Assembly (NCBI GenBank): GCA_037130655.1
Contig: JBAXSP010000003.1
Span: 4,684 to 68,683, forward strand
Reading direction: 5' to 3'
Source of the DNA: a bacterium
GTDB taxonomy: Bacteria > Patescibacteriota > Minisyncoccia > Phycocordibacterales > UBA9973
Length of the DNA stretch: 64,000 bases
Part shown: positions 48,942 through 57,508 of the stretch, in pieces
How positions within the stretch are numbered: the stretch's first letter is position 1
How the letters are laid out: each line of letters opens with the position of its first letter
Made by a program: the position numbers and the translations under genes
The notes under the pieces: generated by a model
Told to the model about the DNA's origin: nothing
What the model saw: the letters and a program-made list of their open reading frames with translations, nothing else
The model's database searches: none

Positions 48942-49790
48942 ATGTTTCGAATCGTTCAGAAAAAAATAGTATTTTTCTCATTATTCTTTTTACTTGCAAC
49001 TGTTGTTGGATACGCAAAAGATGCACCAAAACTAAAAGTATCATTTCTCGACATCGGTCAAGGTGATGCGATTTATATCAAAGCTCCAAATGGTAATGAT
49101 ATGTTGATTGATGGTGGACGAGACAAAAAGATTCTGACTCGACTTGCTGAAGAAATGTCATTTGGTGATAGCACTATTGATGTGGTTGTTGCAACACACC
49201 CTGATGCAGATCATGTTGGTGGGCTCAATTATGTATTGGCAAAATATACCGTCGGCGCAGTGTTTGAACCAGGAGTCAGCGCAAAAACAAAAACCTATCA
49301 AAGTTTAGAAAGTGCGATTGATGAAAAAAAGATTCCGCACTTGCTCGCTCGAGCAGGGAACACCATTGTGCTTGATAAGAAAAATAATATAGTCGCAACG
49401 ATACTGTATCCAGATACTGATGTCACCGGATGGGAGACAAATGACGCTTCGATTGTATTGAAATTGACGTACGGTACAACTAGTGTCCTTTTGACCGGTG
49501 ACTCACCGGTGTCGAAAGAATTATATTTGATTGGGAAGGATAAAAATATGCTCGATGTCGATGTGCTAAAGCTCGGGCACCACGGTTCACGTACTGCAAG
49601 TAGTGAGGCGTATCTACTCGCAACCTCACCACAAATCGCAATTATTTCTGCAGGCAAAAATAATTCCTACGGACACCCACACGGGGAGGTAATCGATAGA
49701 TTGAAAAAACTTGCTATTCCATATTTGAATACGGCAGATATCGGAACGATTCATTGTATTTCGAACGCACTGAAATTTTCTTGTAAATAA
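48942..49790 (+). CDS. ComEC/Rec2-type metallo-beta-lactamase-fold protein (stand-alone nuclease domain)
   Basis: FLDIGQGDAI, LIDGG, THPDADHVGG, NDASIV, LLTGD, KLGHHGS, NSYGHPH. Confidence 0.92.
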   Translation: MFRIVQKKIVFFSLFFLLATVVGYAKDAPKLKVSFLDIGQGDAIYIKAPNGNDMLIDGGRDKKILTRLAEEMSFGDSTIDVVVATHPDADHVGGLNYVLAKYTVGAVFEPGVSAKTKTYQSLESAIDEKKIPHLLARAGNTIVLDKKNNIVATILYPDTDVTGWETNDASIVLKLTYGTTSVLLTGDSPVSKELYLIGKDKNMLDVDVLKLGHHGSRTASSEAYLLATSPQIAIISAGKNNSYGHPHGEVIDRLKKLAIPYLNTADIGTIHCISNALKFSCK

Positions 49791-49812
49791 AAAAACCCTT
49801 TCGGGATTTTTT

Positions 49813-50217
49813 TTATTTTTTCAATAAGTCACGAATTTCTGAAAGGAGTTTTATTTCTTCACTAATCTCTTTAACTTTTTCTTCTTCCTTTTTTGCTTTT
49901 ATTTTATTCAAAGCTTTGATGGTCAGAAAGAGGGCAGTGGCAATAATTGCGAAATCGATACAGTTCTGGAGAAAGATACCGATATTCATGACGACGTCAT
50001 TTCGAGTGCCCGCACCATTATGCAGTACGATTGTCAGATCTTTCATGTCGAAACCTCCCATGAGCATACCGATAGGAGGCATAATAATGTCTGATACGAG
50101 AGAAGAGATGATTTTACCAAAGGCGCCTCCAATGATGACTCCGATTGCCAAATCCATGACATTGCCTTTCATTGCGAATTCTTTGAGTTCACCGATAAAT
50201 GTTTTTGCTTTTTGCAT
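49813..50217 (-). CDS. mscL: Large-conductance mechanosensitive channel
   Basis: KEFAMKGNVMDLAIGVIIGGAFGKI..SLV.DIIMPPIG; LL.EIRDLL; ATG 50217 lies 7 nt after TATAAT. Confidence 0.96.
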   Translation of the reverse strand: MQKAKTFIGELKEFAMKGNVMDLAIGVIIGGAFGKIISSLVSDIIMPPIGMLMGGFDMKDLTIVLHNGAGTRNDVVMNIGIFLQNCIDFAIIATALFLTIKALNKIKAKKEEEKVKEISEEIKLLSEIRDLLKK

Positions 50218-50257
50218 AAAGGTTATTATACTTATTTTTGATTTCAATACAAATTTG

Positions 50258-50368
50258 AAAAAAAATACCGCCAGAGTGGCGGTAAACAGCGAAGGCTTGT
50301 AGACGTGACTTGTTTCCCATGACCCTAAGGTCAAACGTTTATGTTCGTCCAAGATATTTCGGCGTCTT
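50258..50368 (-). ncRNA. Candidate ~110-nt small RNA (irregular rod with central bubble, 6S-like)
   Basis: Extended -10 TGtTATTCT at 50381-50373; nested pairings AGAC/GUUU, CGAA/UUCG, CUUG/CAAG, GACG/CGUC, GUUU/AAAC and GACC-UUAG-GGUC; own terminator UACCGCCA-CUC-UGGCGGUA followed by a U tract. Confidence 0.5.
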
Positions 50369-50393
50369 TGCAAGAATAACAAAGAGTTTATTA

Positions 50394-50432
50394 AAAAGAA
50401 AGCGGTGGGATATACTCCCACCGCTTTCTTTT
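50394..50432 (-). terminator. Terminator downstream of rpmB
   Basis: aaaagaaagcggtggga-tatac-tcccaccgctttctttt. Confidence 0.8.
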
Positions 50433-50434
50433 GT

Positions 50435-50680
50435 TTATTTAATGATTCCAGCTTTCTTCAAAGTTACAAATGCACCGTTTTTGTTGATAGTGCGGATTGC
50501 GTTTGTAGAAAGAGTGATGCGGAAAGTCTTTCCTAGTTCAGGAACGAAAATACGCTTCTTTTGAAGGTTTACTTGCTTACGTGAAGTCTCAATTGGGTTG
50601 AATTTGGTAGCACGAACTTTAGTCGAGTACCCTCCACCGATCAAAGACTTCTTTTTAGTTATTGCACAGATTTTTGCCAT
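50435..50680 (-). CDS. rpmB: 50S ribosomal protein L28
   Basis: MAKICAITKK...GGGYS...R..VNLQKKRIFVPE......LST.AIRTI.K.G; true ATG at 50680. Confidence 0.93.
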   Translation of the reverse strand: MAKICAITKKKSLIGGGYSTKVRATKFNPIETSRKQVNLQKKRIFVPELGKTFRITLSTNAIRTINKNGAFVTLKKAGIIK

Positions 50681-50713
50681 ATGTGTGATTATGTTATCAT
50701 AGAGAGATAATAT

Positions 50714-51337
50714 ATGCAAGAGATAAATAGTATTTTTTATGTTGTCATTTTGATTTTCTCGGTCGTCATTCATGAGGTGGCTCATGGCTATGCGGCTGAC
50801 TATTTCGGCGATCCGACTGCTCGTTTGGCAGGCAGATTGACAATGAATCCAATCAAGCACATCGATTTGTGGGGGTCTATCATTATCCCGCTCCTTTTGG
50901 TGCTTTCAGGAACGACCTTTTTGGTTGGTTGGGCAAAGCCAGTGCCGTACAACCCAAATCATTTTGATAATAAAAAGAAGGGGACAATCGTTACAGCACT
51001 TGCAGGTGTGTGTGCCAACTTTTTCATTGCGATTATTTTCGGACTAGCAATGCATTTTGTTCCAGCCTTTGGTCTAGGAATGCCAGCACATATGGTGGTT
51101 TCAACGATTGTAGTGGTCAATATTGTACTTGGATTATTTAATCTTATTCCTATCGTACCGCTCGACGGATCAAAAGTGTTATTCGAATTGATTCCACTTC
51201 GCGCACAAAAATTCCGTTATTTTTGGGAAAAGAATTCACTCATCATTCTTGTGGTGTTTATTTTCTTCTTCTGGGCAGGTATTGCTATTCCAACGATCTC
51301 TTTTATTTACAGACTACTAACAGGCACCTTCCTCTAA
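50714..51337 (+). CDS. Site-2 protease (M50 family Zn metalloprotease)
   Basis: HEVAH, GDPTA...GRLT.NP..H, GWAKPVP, FNLIPIVPLDG. Confidence 0.93.
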   Translation: MQEINSIFYVVILIFSVVIHEVAHGYAADYFGDPTARLAGRLTMNPIKHIDLWGSIIIPLLLVLSGTTFLVGWAKPVPYNPNHFDNKKKGTIVTALAGVCANFFIAIIFGLAMHFVPAFGLGMPAHMVVSTIVVVNIVLGLFNLIPIVPLDGSKVLFELIPLRAQKFRYFWEKNSLIILVVFIFFFWAGIAIPTISFIYRLLTGTFL

Positions 51338-51367
51338 AACAGACAATCTTCTTGTATAATAAAGCTA

Positions 51368-53323
51368 ATGAAAGTTTTTAGACTCGCTTTTTTGTCTGTC
51401 CTAGTGATTGGATTTTTATCCAACATTGTTTTTGCTTCTGTTTCAAACGGAACAATTGATACTACATACAATCGTGCTGTCGTTGTACAAGATGACACAC
51501 AGTTAAATACTGGCTATTACACACAAACAGGAATGAGTGCATACAACGTAGCTATTTCTGACACTGCGCTTACTGGATATTGGTGGTCAGAAAATTTTGG
51601 CTGGATCAATCTCAATTGTGCCAATAATAATTCATGTGGCAGTGCTAATTTTAAAGTCGCAAATACGGGTAGCGGTGTACTTTCTGGGTATGCGTGGGGA
51701 CAAAATGCTGGTTGGATAAACTTTGGTCCTTTTGTAAACAGTGCAACAACTCCAGTCAGTATCAATACAAACGGGGAGTTGAATGGGTATGCGTGGACAC
51801 AAAATTTTGGTTGGATAAAATTTTCTTGTAATACTGGTGATAGTGATTATCCTGCTGCTTGTACCAAAACTGATTGGCGTCCAATTTCTGCTCGGGCTGC
51901 TTGTAGTAATGGAATAGATGATGATGGTGATGGTTTTACTGATTATCCAGCTGATGCTGGTTGTACAAGTGGTAGTGATACTGACGAGAGTGGTCCGTTC
52001 TCAAATCCACATCCACCAACTCCTACACCAACACCTACACCAACGCCGACTCCGACTCCGACTCCTACACCGACCCCAACTCCTACTCCAACACCTGAAA
52101 CACCAGCTCCTCCTACGCCAACACCTACACCAACAGTCCCAGAACCACCGGCTCCTCCTAGTACAGTTCCTTCCGTGCCAACTGTTCCAACAATAGGTTC
52201 ATCACCATCGGCTGTATCTGGTCCATCGGGATTCTCTTCACCAGGATTGTTTTTTACTGGAGGAATGCCAACACTTCTTGAAAGCGCAAAACAACAAGTG
52301 AATGATAGTATTGCAAACACGGTTACAGTCTACAAAGACAGTAAACAAAAAATAAAAAATGTCGTCGATACAAAACAAGGAGATGTTGTTGTTAAAACAG
52401 TTGGAGCTGTCGGTGTTGTTGCTTCATCTGTGGCGTCATTTACCTCTGTGTTGTTCTTGAATCCGCTTTCAATTTCAGAATTGTTCTTGATTCCGATTCG
52501 TTTGTGGACACTACTGATGACATTGCTTGGTATTCGTAAACGAAACAAGCCATGGGGAACCGTGTATGATTCGATTACCAAGCAACCGCTCGACCCTGCG
52601 TATGTTGTACTTCAGGATATGCAAGGTAATGAAGTTGCAACATCGATTACTGACCTAGACGGAAGATATGGGTTCCTGGTTGAACCAGGGCAATATCGAT
52701 TGTTGGCAAATAAAACCAATTATATTTTTCCATCAGCTAAACTGGCTGGTCGGCCAAGTGATGAACTATATTCAGATTTGTATTTTGGGGAACCGATCGT
52801 TGTTACTCAGTCTGGAGAAATTATCGGAAAAAGTATTCCGCTTGATCCACTTAAGTTTGACTGGAATGAATTTGCAAAACGAGATCAGAGTTTGATGAAG
52901 TTCTATTCAAAACGAGATTTATTGTTGTTAAAATTCTCAAATGCATTTTTCGTTTTCGGTTTGATTGTTTCTTTGATTGCAGTATTGGTTGCACCAAAAC
53001 CATATAATATTGGAATTATTTCTTTGTATGCAGTATTACTCATCTTGAAGCGAACAGTGCTCAAACCAAAACCTCGAGGAAATATCGCAACCAAAGATGG
53101 TATTCCAATGGCATTCGCTATTATTCGAGTAATGCGTGACAGTGGGTTTGAACTGATTCATAAGGTGACAGATATGAAAGGAAACTACTATTGTCTCTTG
53201 CCGAACGGAAATTATACAGTCACGATAGAGAAGAAAAATCTTGATCAGACGTATACTAAGGTGATAGAAAAAGTGCCAATAACGGTGACAAAAGGGTATT
53301 TGGATCAAAAATTTATAATTTAA
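51368..53323 (+). CDS. Surface/membrane protein: Trp-rich G.AW..N.GWI repeats, DxDGDG motif, Pro-Thr linker, TM segments, carboxypeptidase-regulatory-like domains
   Basis: GYWWSENFGWI, GYAWGQNAGWI, GYAWTQNFGWI; CSNGIDDDGDGFTDYP; (PT)n; WG.VYDS.TKQPLD...TD.DGRY.F. Confidence 0.8.
   Translation: MKVFRLAFLSVLVIGFLSNIVFASVSNGTIDTTYNRAVVVQDDTQLNTGYYTQTGMSAYNVAISDTALTGYWWSENFGWINLNCANNNSCGSANFKVANTGSGVLSGYAWGQNAGWINFGPFVNSATTPVSINTNGELNGYAWTQNFGWIKFSCNTGDSDYPAACTKTDWRPISARAACSNGIDDDGDGFTDYPADAGCTSGSDTDESGPFSNPHPPTPTPTPTPTPTPTPTPTPTPTPTPTPETPAPPTPTPTPTVPEPPAPPSTVPSVPTVPTIGSSPSAVSGPSGFSSPGLFFTGGMPTLLESAKQQVNDSIANTVTVYKDSKQKIKNVVDTKQGDVVVKTVGAVGVVASSVASFTSVLFLNPLSISELFLIPIRLWTLLMTLLGIRKRNKPWGTVYDSITKQPLDPAYVVLQDMQGNEVATSITDLDGRYGFLVEPGQYRLLANKTNYIFPSAKLAGRPSDELYSDLYFGEPIVVTQSGEIIGKSIPLDPLKFDWNEFAKRDQSLMKFYSKRDLLLLKFSNAFFVFGLIVSLIAVLVAPKPYNIGIISLYAVLLILKRTVLKPKPRGNIATKDGIPMAFAIIRVMRDSGFELIHKVTDMKGNYYCLLPNGNYTVTIEKKNLDQTYTKVIEKVPITVTKGYLDQKFII
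52013..52135 (+). repeat. Coding Pro-Thr hexanucleotide repeat linker
   Basis: (ccNacN)n with synonymous third-position variation. Confidence 0.85.
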
Positions 53324-53326
53324 GTA

Positions 53327-53361
53327 AAAAGGCGACGAAACCTTCGGTTTCGTCGCCTTTT
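53327..53361 (+). terminator. Intrinsic terminator
   Basis: aaaaggcgacgaaacc-ttc-ggtttcgtcgcctttt. Confidence 0.8.
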
Positions 53362-53491
53362 CTTGGAGCATCTTTAGATATATCCAATGTACGCTTGCTT
53401 ATTGCGACTATCTATAGTATATTTATTTGGCAATTCTGAATATATCGGAATGTATGGCTATTATCAATAATTCAACAAAGAAAGCGGCCCT

Positions 53492-53911
53492 ATGCCAACA
53501 ATTTCTCAATTAATTAAAAAGAATAGAAAAGACGTTAAACGCAAATCAAAAACTGTGGCACTTGCTTGTGGTTTTAATTCTATTCTAAACAAACCAACAC
53601 TTTACCCATCTCCTTTCAAGCGAGGTGTGTGTACAAAAGTGACTACAACAACTCCAAAAAAGCCGAACTCTGCGATGCGTAAAATCGCCCGCGTACGTTT
53701 GACTAATGGAAAAGAAATCACTGCCTACATTCCAGGTATCGGACACAAGCTCCAAGAACACTCAGTGGTAGTAGTTCGTGGAGGACGTGTGAAAGACTTG
53801 GTTGGAGTACGATATACAATCGTTCGTGGACGTCTTGATGCCACTGCTCCAGATAAACGTATGAAGAGTCGTTCTCGTTACGGTGCTAAGAAACCAAAAG
53901 CGAAAGCTTAA
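53492..53911 (+). CDS. rpsL: 30S ribosomal protein S12
   Basis: [46 protein letters not shown]. Confidence 0.98.
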   Translation: MPTISQLIKKNRKDVKRKSKTVALACGFNSILNKPTLYPSPFKRGVCTKVTTTTPKKPNSAMRKIARVRLTNGKEITAYIPGIGHKLQEHSVVVVRGGRVKDLVGVRYTIVRGRLDATAPDKRMKSRSRYGAKKPKAKA

Positions 53912-53931
53912 TTTTATAAAAACTAATTTAT

Positions 53932-53989
53932 AATGATGGAGTAATTATCGAAAGATAGTGAAGAGTGATCGAAAGATCATTTCATCATT
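53932..53989 (+). promoter_or_regulatory. rpsL-rpsG intercistronic three-way-junction RNA
   Basis: AAUGAUGGA/UUCAUCAUU closes two GAAA-capped stems, AUUAUC/GAUAGU and AGUGAUC/GAUCAUU. Confidence 0.6.
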
Positions 53990-53998
53990 TCAAAAAAT

Positions 53999-54466
53999 AT
54001 GCGAAGAAAAGTAACAAATAGAAATATTGTAAAACCAGACCTGACTTACAACTCAGCAACATTAGGTAAGTTTATCAACTACATGATGTGGTCTGGAAAG
54101 AAAAGTGTGGCTGAAAAGATTGTGTACGGTGCGCTCGACATTATCAAAGAAAAGACTGGTAAAGAACCACTTGAAATCTTTGATGAAGCTGTTCGAAACG
54201 CTAGTCCTGCAATCGAAGTCCGTTCTCGACGTATCGGTGGTGCAAACTACCAAGTTCCTCGAGAAGTTCGACCAGAACGTCGTCAATCACTCGCATTCCG
54301 TTGGATTCGCGATGCAGCACGAGCTAAGAAAGGTATGGATACTCACAAGAAGCTTGCTGAAGAACTACTAGCAGCCGCAAACAACGAAGGCGCAGCAGTT
54401 AAGAAGAAACAAGATACTCACAAGATGGCAGAAGCCAACAAAGCGTTCGCTCACTTCGCATGGTAA
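53999..54466 (+). CDS. rpsG: 30S ribosomal protein S7
   Basis: [39 protein letters not shown]. Confidence 0.98.
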   Translation: MRRKVTNRNIVKPDLTYNSATLGKFINYMMWSGKKSVAEKIVYGALDIIKEKTGKEPLEIFDEAVRNASPAIEVRSRRIGGANYQVPREVRPERRQSLAFRWIRDAARAKKGMDTHKKLAEELLAAANNEGAAVKKKQDTHKMAEANKAFAHFAW

Positions 54467-54499
54467 AAATAAAGACCGCCTTAGGCGGTCTTTATTTTT
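54466..54499 (+). terminator. Terminator after rpsG
   Basis: aaaataaagaccgcc-tta-ggcggtctttatttt. Confidence 0.85.
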
Positions 54500-54506
54500 A
54501 CCATGC

Positions 54507-54617
54507 GAAGTGTAAATCAAGCTCTGCTTGATTTCTCACTTCAATTGGCGAATTTTCCTGCAAAGAAAATTCGCGTCGAAAAAATCTGATAACGAAGTTT
54601 TCAGATTTTTTCGACGC
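54507..54617. repeat. Cluster of three abutting palindromes (REP-like)
   Basis: 54507-54542; 54548-54574 (gcgaattttc/gaaaattcgc); 54573-54617 (17-bp gcgtcgaaaaaatctga/tcagattttttcgacgc). Confidence 0.7.
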
Positions 54618-54684
54618 AATAAAAAAGTCCCCAACCAATAAAAACGTGAAAATATAGATTTGTTTTCTGTGCTATATTATCTAA

Positions 54685-55461
54685 ATGAATTATATCGATA
54701 TTCACTCCCATCTCAATTTGTCAGATTTTGATATAGATCGAGATGAGGTGATTACTAATATGAAAGAACAGGGAATTGCCACCATTACTGTTGGGGTTGA
54801 TTTTACTACTTCAGAAAAAGCGTTAGAACTTGCCGAACAACACGAGAATCTTTTTGCTTGTATCGGACTGCATCCATGTGATAACCATACTGAAGTATTT
54901 GATATGGAAAAATATGAAGCACTCGCAGTGCATTCAAAAGTAGTAGCTATCGGCGAAACAGGTCTTGATTATTTCAGAGATCAGTCCGAAGAATCAAAAT
55001 CAAAACAACGAGAAATTTTTATCCAACATATTGCACTGGCAAACAAAGTACAGAAACCACTGATGATTCACGCTCGTCCGAGCAAGGGGAGTATGGACGC
55101 ATATAGTGACACACTCGATATCCTTGAATCGATGAATTTTGGTCAAATGGTGAATTTTCACTTCTTTGTTGGTGATGTAGCTATTGCAGATCGGATTGTC
55201 AAAAATGGCTGGAGCATGTCATTTGATGGGCCGATAACATTCTCGACTGATTACGATGAAGTTATTAAAAGCATCCCAATCCTGCACATAATGGCCGAAA
55301 CCGACAGTCCGTTCGCTGCACCGGCACCATATCGTGGTAAACGCTGTGAACCGCTTTATGTGACAGAAATTTACAAAAGAATTGGTGAATTAAAAGAAAT
55401 TGATATTGAAGAATGTCGACAATTATTGAACCAGAATGTTCAAAGAGTCTTCAAAATATAG
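54685..55461 (+). CDS. tatD: TatD family DNase
   Basis: DIHSHL, GLHP, AIGETGLDY, IHAR, ETDSPF.AP..YRGKR.EP. Confidence 0.95.
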   Translation: MNYIDIHSHLNLSDFDIDRDEVITNMKEQGIATITVGVDFTTSEKALELAEQHENLFACIGLHPCDNHTEVFDMEKYEALAVHSKVVAIGETGLDYFRDQSEESKSKQREIFIQHIALANKVQKPLMIHARPSKGSMDAYSDTLDILESMNFGQMVNFHFFVGDVAIADRIVKNGWSMSFDGPITFSTDYDEVIKSIPILHIMAETDSPFAAPAPYRGKRCEPLYVTEIYKRIGELKEIDIEECRQLLNQNVQRVFKI

Positions 55462-55501
55462 ATTGGACAAAATACACTATTTCGTGTACAGTATATCTAA
55501 T

Positions 55502-55556
55502 CCTTCCTTTGTTCGATGCCACAGCTTTGTCGGTATCGCGTAGTCCAAGGCAGGGG
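55502..55556 (+). promoter_or_regulatory. Putative rpsF leader structure (S6:S18-binding-motif-like)
   Basis: CCUUCCUUUG..CGAUGCC..GGUAUCG..CAAGGCAGGGG hairpin with an internal loop, upstream of rpsF-ssb-rpsR. Confidence 0.5.
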
Positions 55557-55596
55557 ATTAACAAAATAACAGAACCACTCTCGGTTCTTAATACTT

Positions 55597-56118
55597 ATGT
55601 CAGAAAAAGATAACGCTCGAGTATACGAGCTTGGTTATTTGTTTGTCTCATCACTATCTGATGAACAAGCAGTAGAAAAAGCCACTGCCCTTAAGGAAAT
55701 GATAAATCAAAAAGGCGGAAAGGTGATTGCGGATGAAAATCCAAAATTCACTGAATTGGCGTATGAAATGTACAAGTACATTGCAAACAAAAAAACAAAG
55801 TTTTCTCACGGATACTTTGGTTGGGTCAAATTTACTGGTCCAGCTGATATGATTGCTGAAATGAAAGCAGTACTCGACCTCGATGTTGATATGCTCCGTT
55901 TTATGACTATCAAGACAGTTGCTGAAAACACTATGGCACCAAAGAAATTTAGTGCAAAAACAGAACGCACAAAACGACGTGATGACAGTAGTGCATCAGT
56001 TAGCAGTGAAGCTGTCGTAGATGCTCCAGCAGAAGAAGTTGTAGCAGATGCAGAAGAGGCTATCATTGACGAAGAAGTAGTTGATGAAAAGATCGACGAA
56101 ATGGCGACAGAAGAGTAG
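55597..56118 (+). CDS. rpsF: 30S ribosomal protein S6 with an acidic C-terminal extension
   Basis: YEL.YL, LAYE, GYFGW..F, LRF..IKT; first gene of rpsF-ssb-rpsR. Confidence 0.9.
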   Translation: MSEKDNARVYELGYLFVSSLSDEQAVEKATALKEMINQKGGKVIADENPKFTELAYEMYKYIANKKTKFSHGYFGWVKFTGPADMIAEMKAVLDLDVDMLRFMTIKTVAENTMAPKKFSAKTERTKRRDDSSASVSSEAVVDAPAEEVVADAEEAIIDEEVVDEKIDEMATEE

Positions 56119-56169
56119 AATAGAGATATCGATAGTCGGTCATTTTTACTTACTTAAACCAAACTCATT

Positions 56170-56637
56170 ATGTATCTAAATCGTGTCACATTGTACGGAA
56201 ATCTCACTCGAGATCCAGAAATCAAATCAATTCCTAACGGAACCAAGGTGGTTAACATTTCTATGGCGACCAATAGAACTTGGAAAGATCAAAGTGGTGC
56301 AAAGCGTGAAGAAGTTGAATATCACAATGTGGTGGCATTCGCAAAACAAGCAGAAGTTATAGCTCAATACTGCACCAAAGGCAGTCCGCTCTATGTAGAA
56401 GGACGTATCAAGACTCGTTCTTGGGATGATGCCAACGGAGCCAAGAAATATAGAACTGAAATTATGCTTGAAAACTTCCAATTTGGACCAAAAGGTGGAG
56501 CAAGTTCTGGTTCTTATGCACCAAGTGCACAAGGAAATAGTGCACCAGCAAGTACAGGAAGTAGTAAACAAGATGATGATTTGGAATCTATTGAATATCC
56601 AGATGACGATGTAAATATCGACGACATTCCATTCTAG
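56170..56637 (+). CDS. ssb: Single-stranded DNA-binding protein
   Basis: LN.V.L.GNLTRDPE, YVEGRI.TRSW, C-terminal DDIPF. Confidence 0.98.
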   Translation: MYLNRVTLYGNLTRDPEIKSIPNGTKVVNISMATNRTWKDQSGAKREEVEYHNVVAFAKQAEVIAQYCTKGSPLYVEGRIKTRSWDDANGAKKYRTEIMLENFQFGPKGGASSGSYAPSAQGNSAPASTGSSKQDDDLESIEYPDDDVNIDDIPF

Positions 56638-56666
56638 TTAAAAATTATTAAATTATCCCCAAAGTT

Positions 56667-56864
56667 ATGCAAGATTTTTTCTCAACAAATAACATAAAGC
56701 ATATTGATTACAAGGATACAGAAATTTTGAAAAAGTTTCTTTCTCCTACAGCAAAGATTCTTCCTCGAAAGAGAAGTGGTCTTTCTGCAAAAAATCAACG
56801 TAAATTGGAAGTAGCTGTAAAACGTTCACGTTTCCTCGGATTACTACCATTCGTTGCAAGATAG
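56667..56864 (+). CDS. rpsR: 30S ribosomal protein S18
   Basis: IDYKD..IL.KF....KI.PR...G..AK.QR....AVKR.R..GLLPF. Confidence 0.96.
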   Translation: MQDFFSTNNIKHIDYKDTEILKKFLSPTAKILPRKRSGLSAKNQRKLEVAVKRSRFLGLLPFVAR

Positions 56865-56871
56865 TCATATA

Positions 56872-56904
56872 TAAAAAGCGGAACCCGAAGGGTTCCGCTT
56901 TTTA
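56872..56904. terminator. Bidirectional terminator
   Basis: taaaaagcggaaccc-gaa-gggttccgcttttta. Confidence 0.85.
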
Positions 56905-56917
56905 TTGTGTAAGATAA

Positions 56918-57508
56918 CTATTTTGAAGCTCGTTCTACGTATTCGCCAGTTTCGGTGTTTACGATGATTTTTTCACCTGCTTCAAGGAAGAGTGGGCCGT
57001 TGATGACAGTATCATTTGCAAGTGTTAATTGCTTGTTACCACCTGAGACACTGTTTCCTTTGATTGATGGTGGGGCATCTTTGATTTCAAAGGTCATTTT
57101 GATTGGAAGGGTAACACCAATGATTTTTTCTTCATCGTCTTCTGTTTCAAATACGAGTGCCGTAGCCACCGTGTTGTCGATCAAGAATTTCTTTGTGTTT
57201 GCAGAGATGACATCGTCACCCAATGCAAAACGTTTTGATGGATCTTTTGCATCGCAAAACCAGTATTCACCTTTGCTTTCGTACAAGAATTTTACTTCTT
57301 GTTTACGAAGATCTGCTTCATCAGCTGTATCAGATGAACGGAATGAATCGTTGAATGTTCGTCCATTCAACAAACTCTTCAATTTCACTTGGTTTTGTGG
57401 TTTGCGTTGTTGTGTGCGGGCAACGTGAGATTCAAGGACGACACAAGGTTCGTCTTTGTAAATAATCACTTTACCTTCACGGATTTCGTTGTAATCAAGT
57501 AGTGCCAT
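56918..57508 (-). CDS. efp: Translation elongation factor P
   Basis: G.VI....EP..V, VKLKSL..G, FLY, P.IKG....GG.K, P.F...GE.I.VNT.TGEYVERA. Confidence 0.92.
   Translation of the reverse strand: MALLDYNEIREGKVIIYKDEPCVVLESHVARTQQRKPQNQVKLKSLLNGRTFNDSFRSSDTADEADLRKQEVKFLYESKGEYWFCDAKDPSKRFALGDDVISANTKKFLIDNTVATALVFETEDDEEKIIGVTLPIKMTFEIKDAPPSIKGNSVSGGNKQLTLANDTVINGPLFLEAGEKIIVNTETGEYVERASK

Noticed and set aside
49813-50860. Extended N-termini given by the ORF track for mscL (50421) and rpmB (50860), likewise for recA, ftsK and several others
   Set aside because: The extensions run through terminators or neighbouring genes; homology and -10 spacing point to downstream ATGs.
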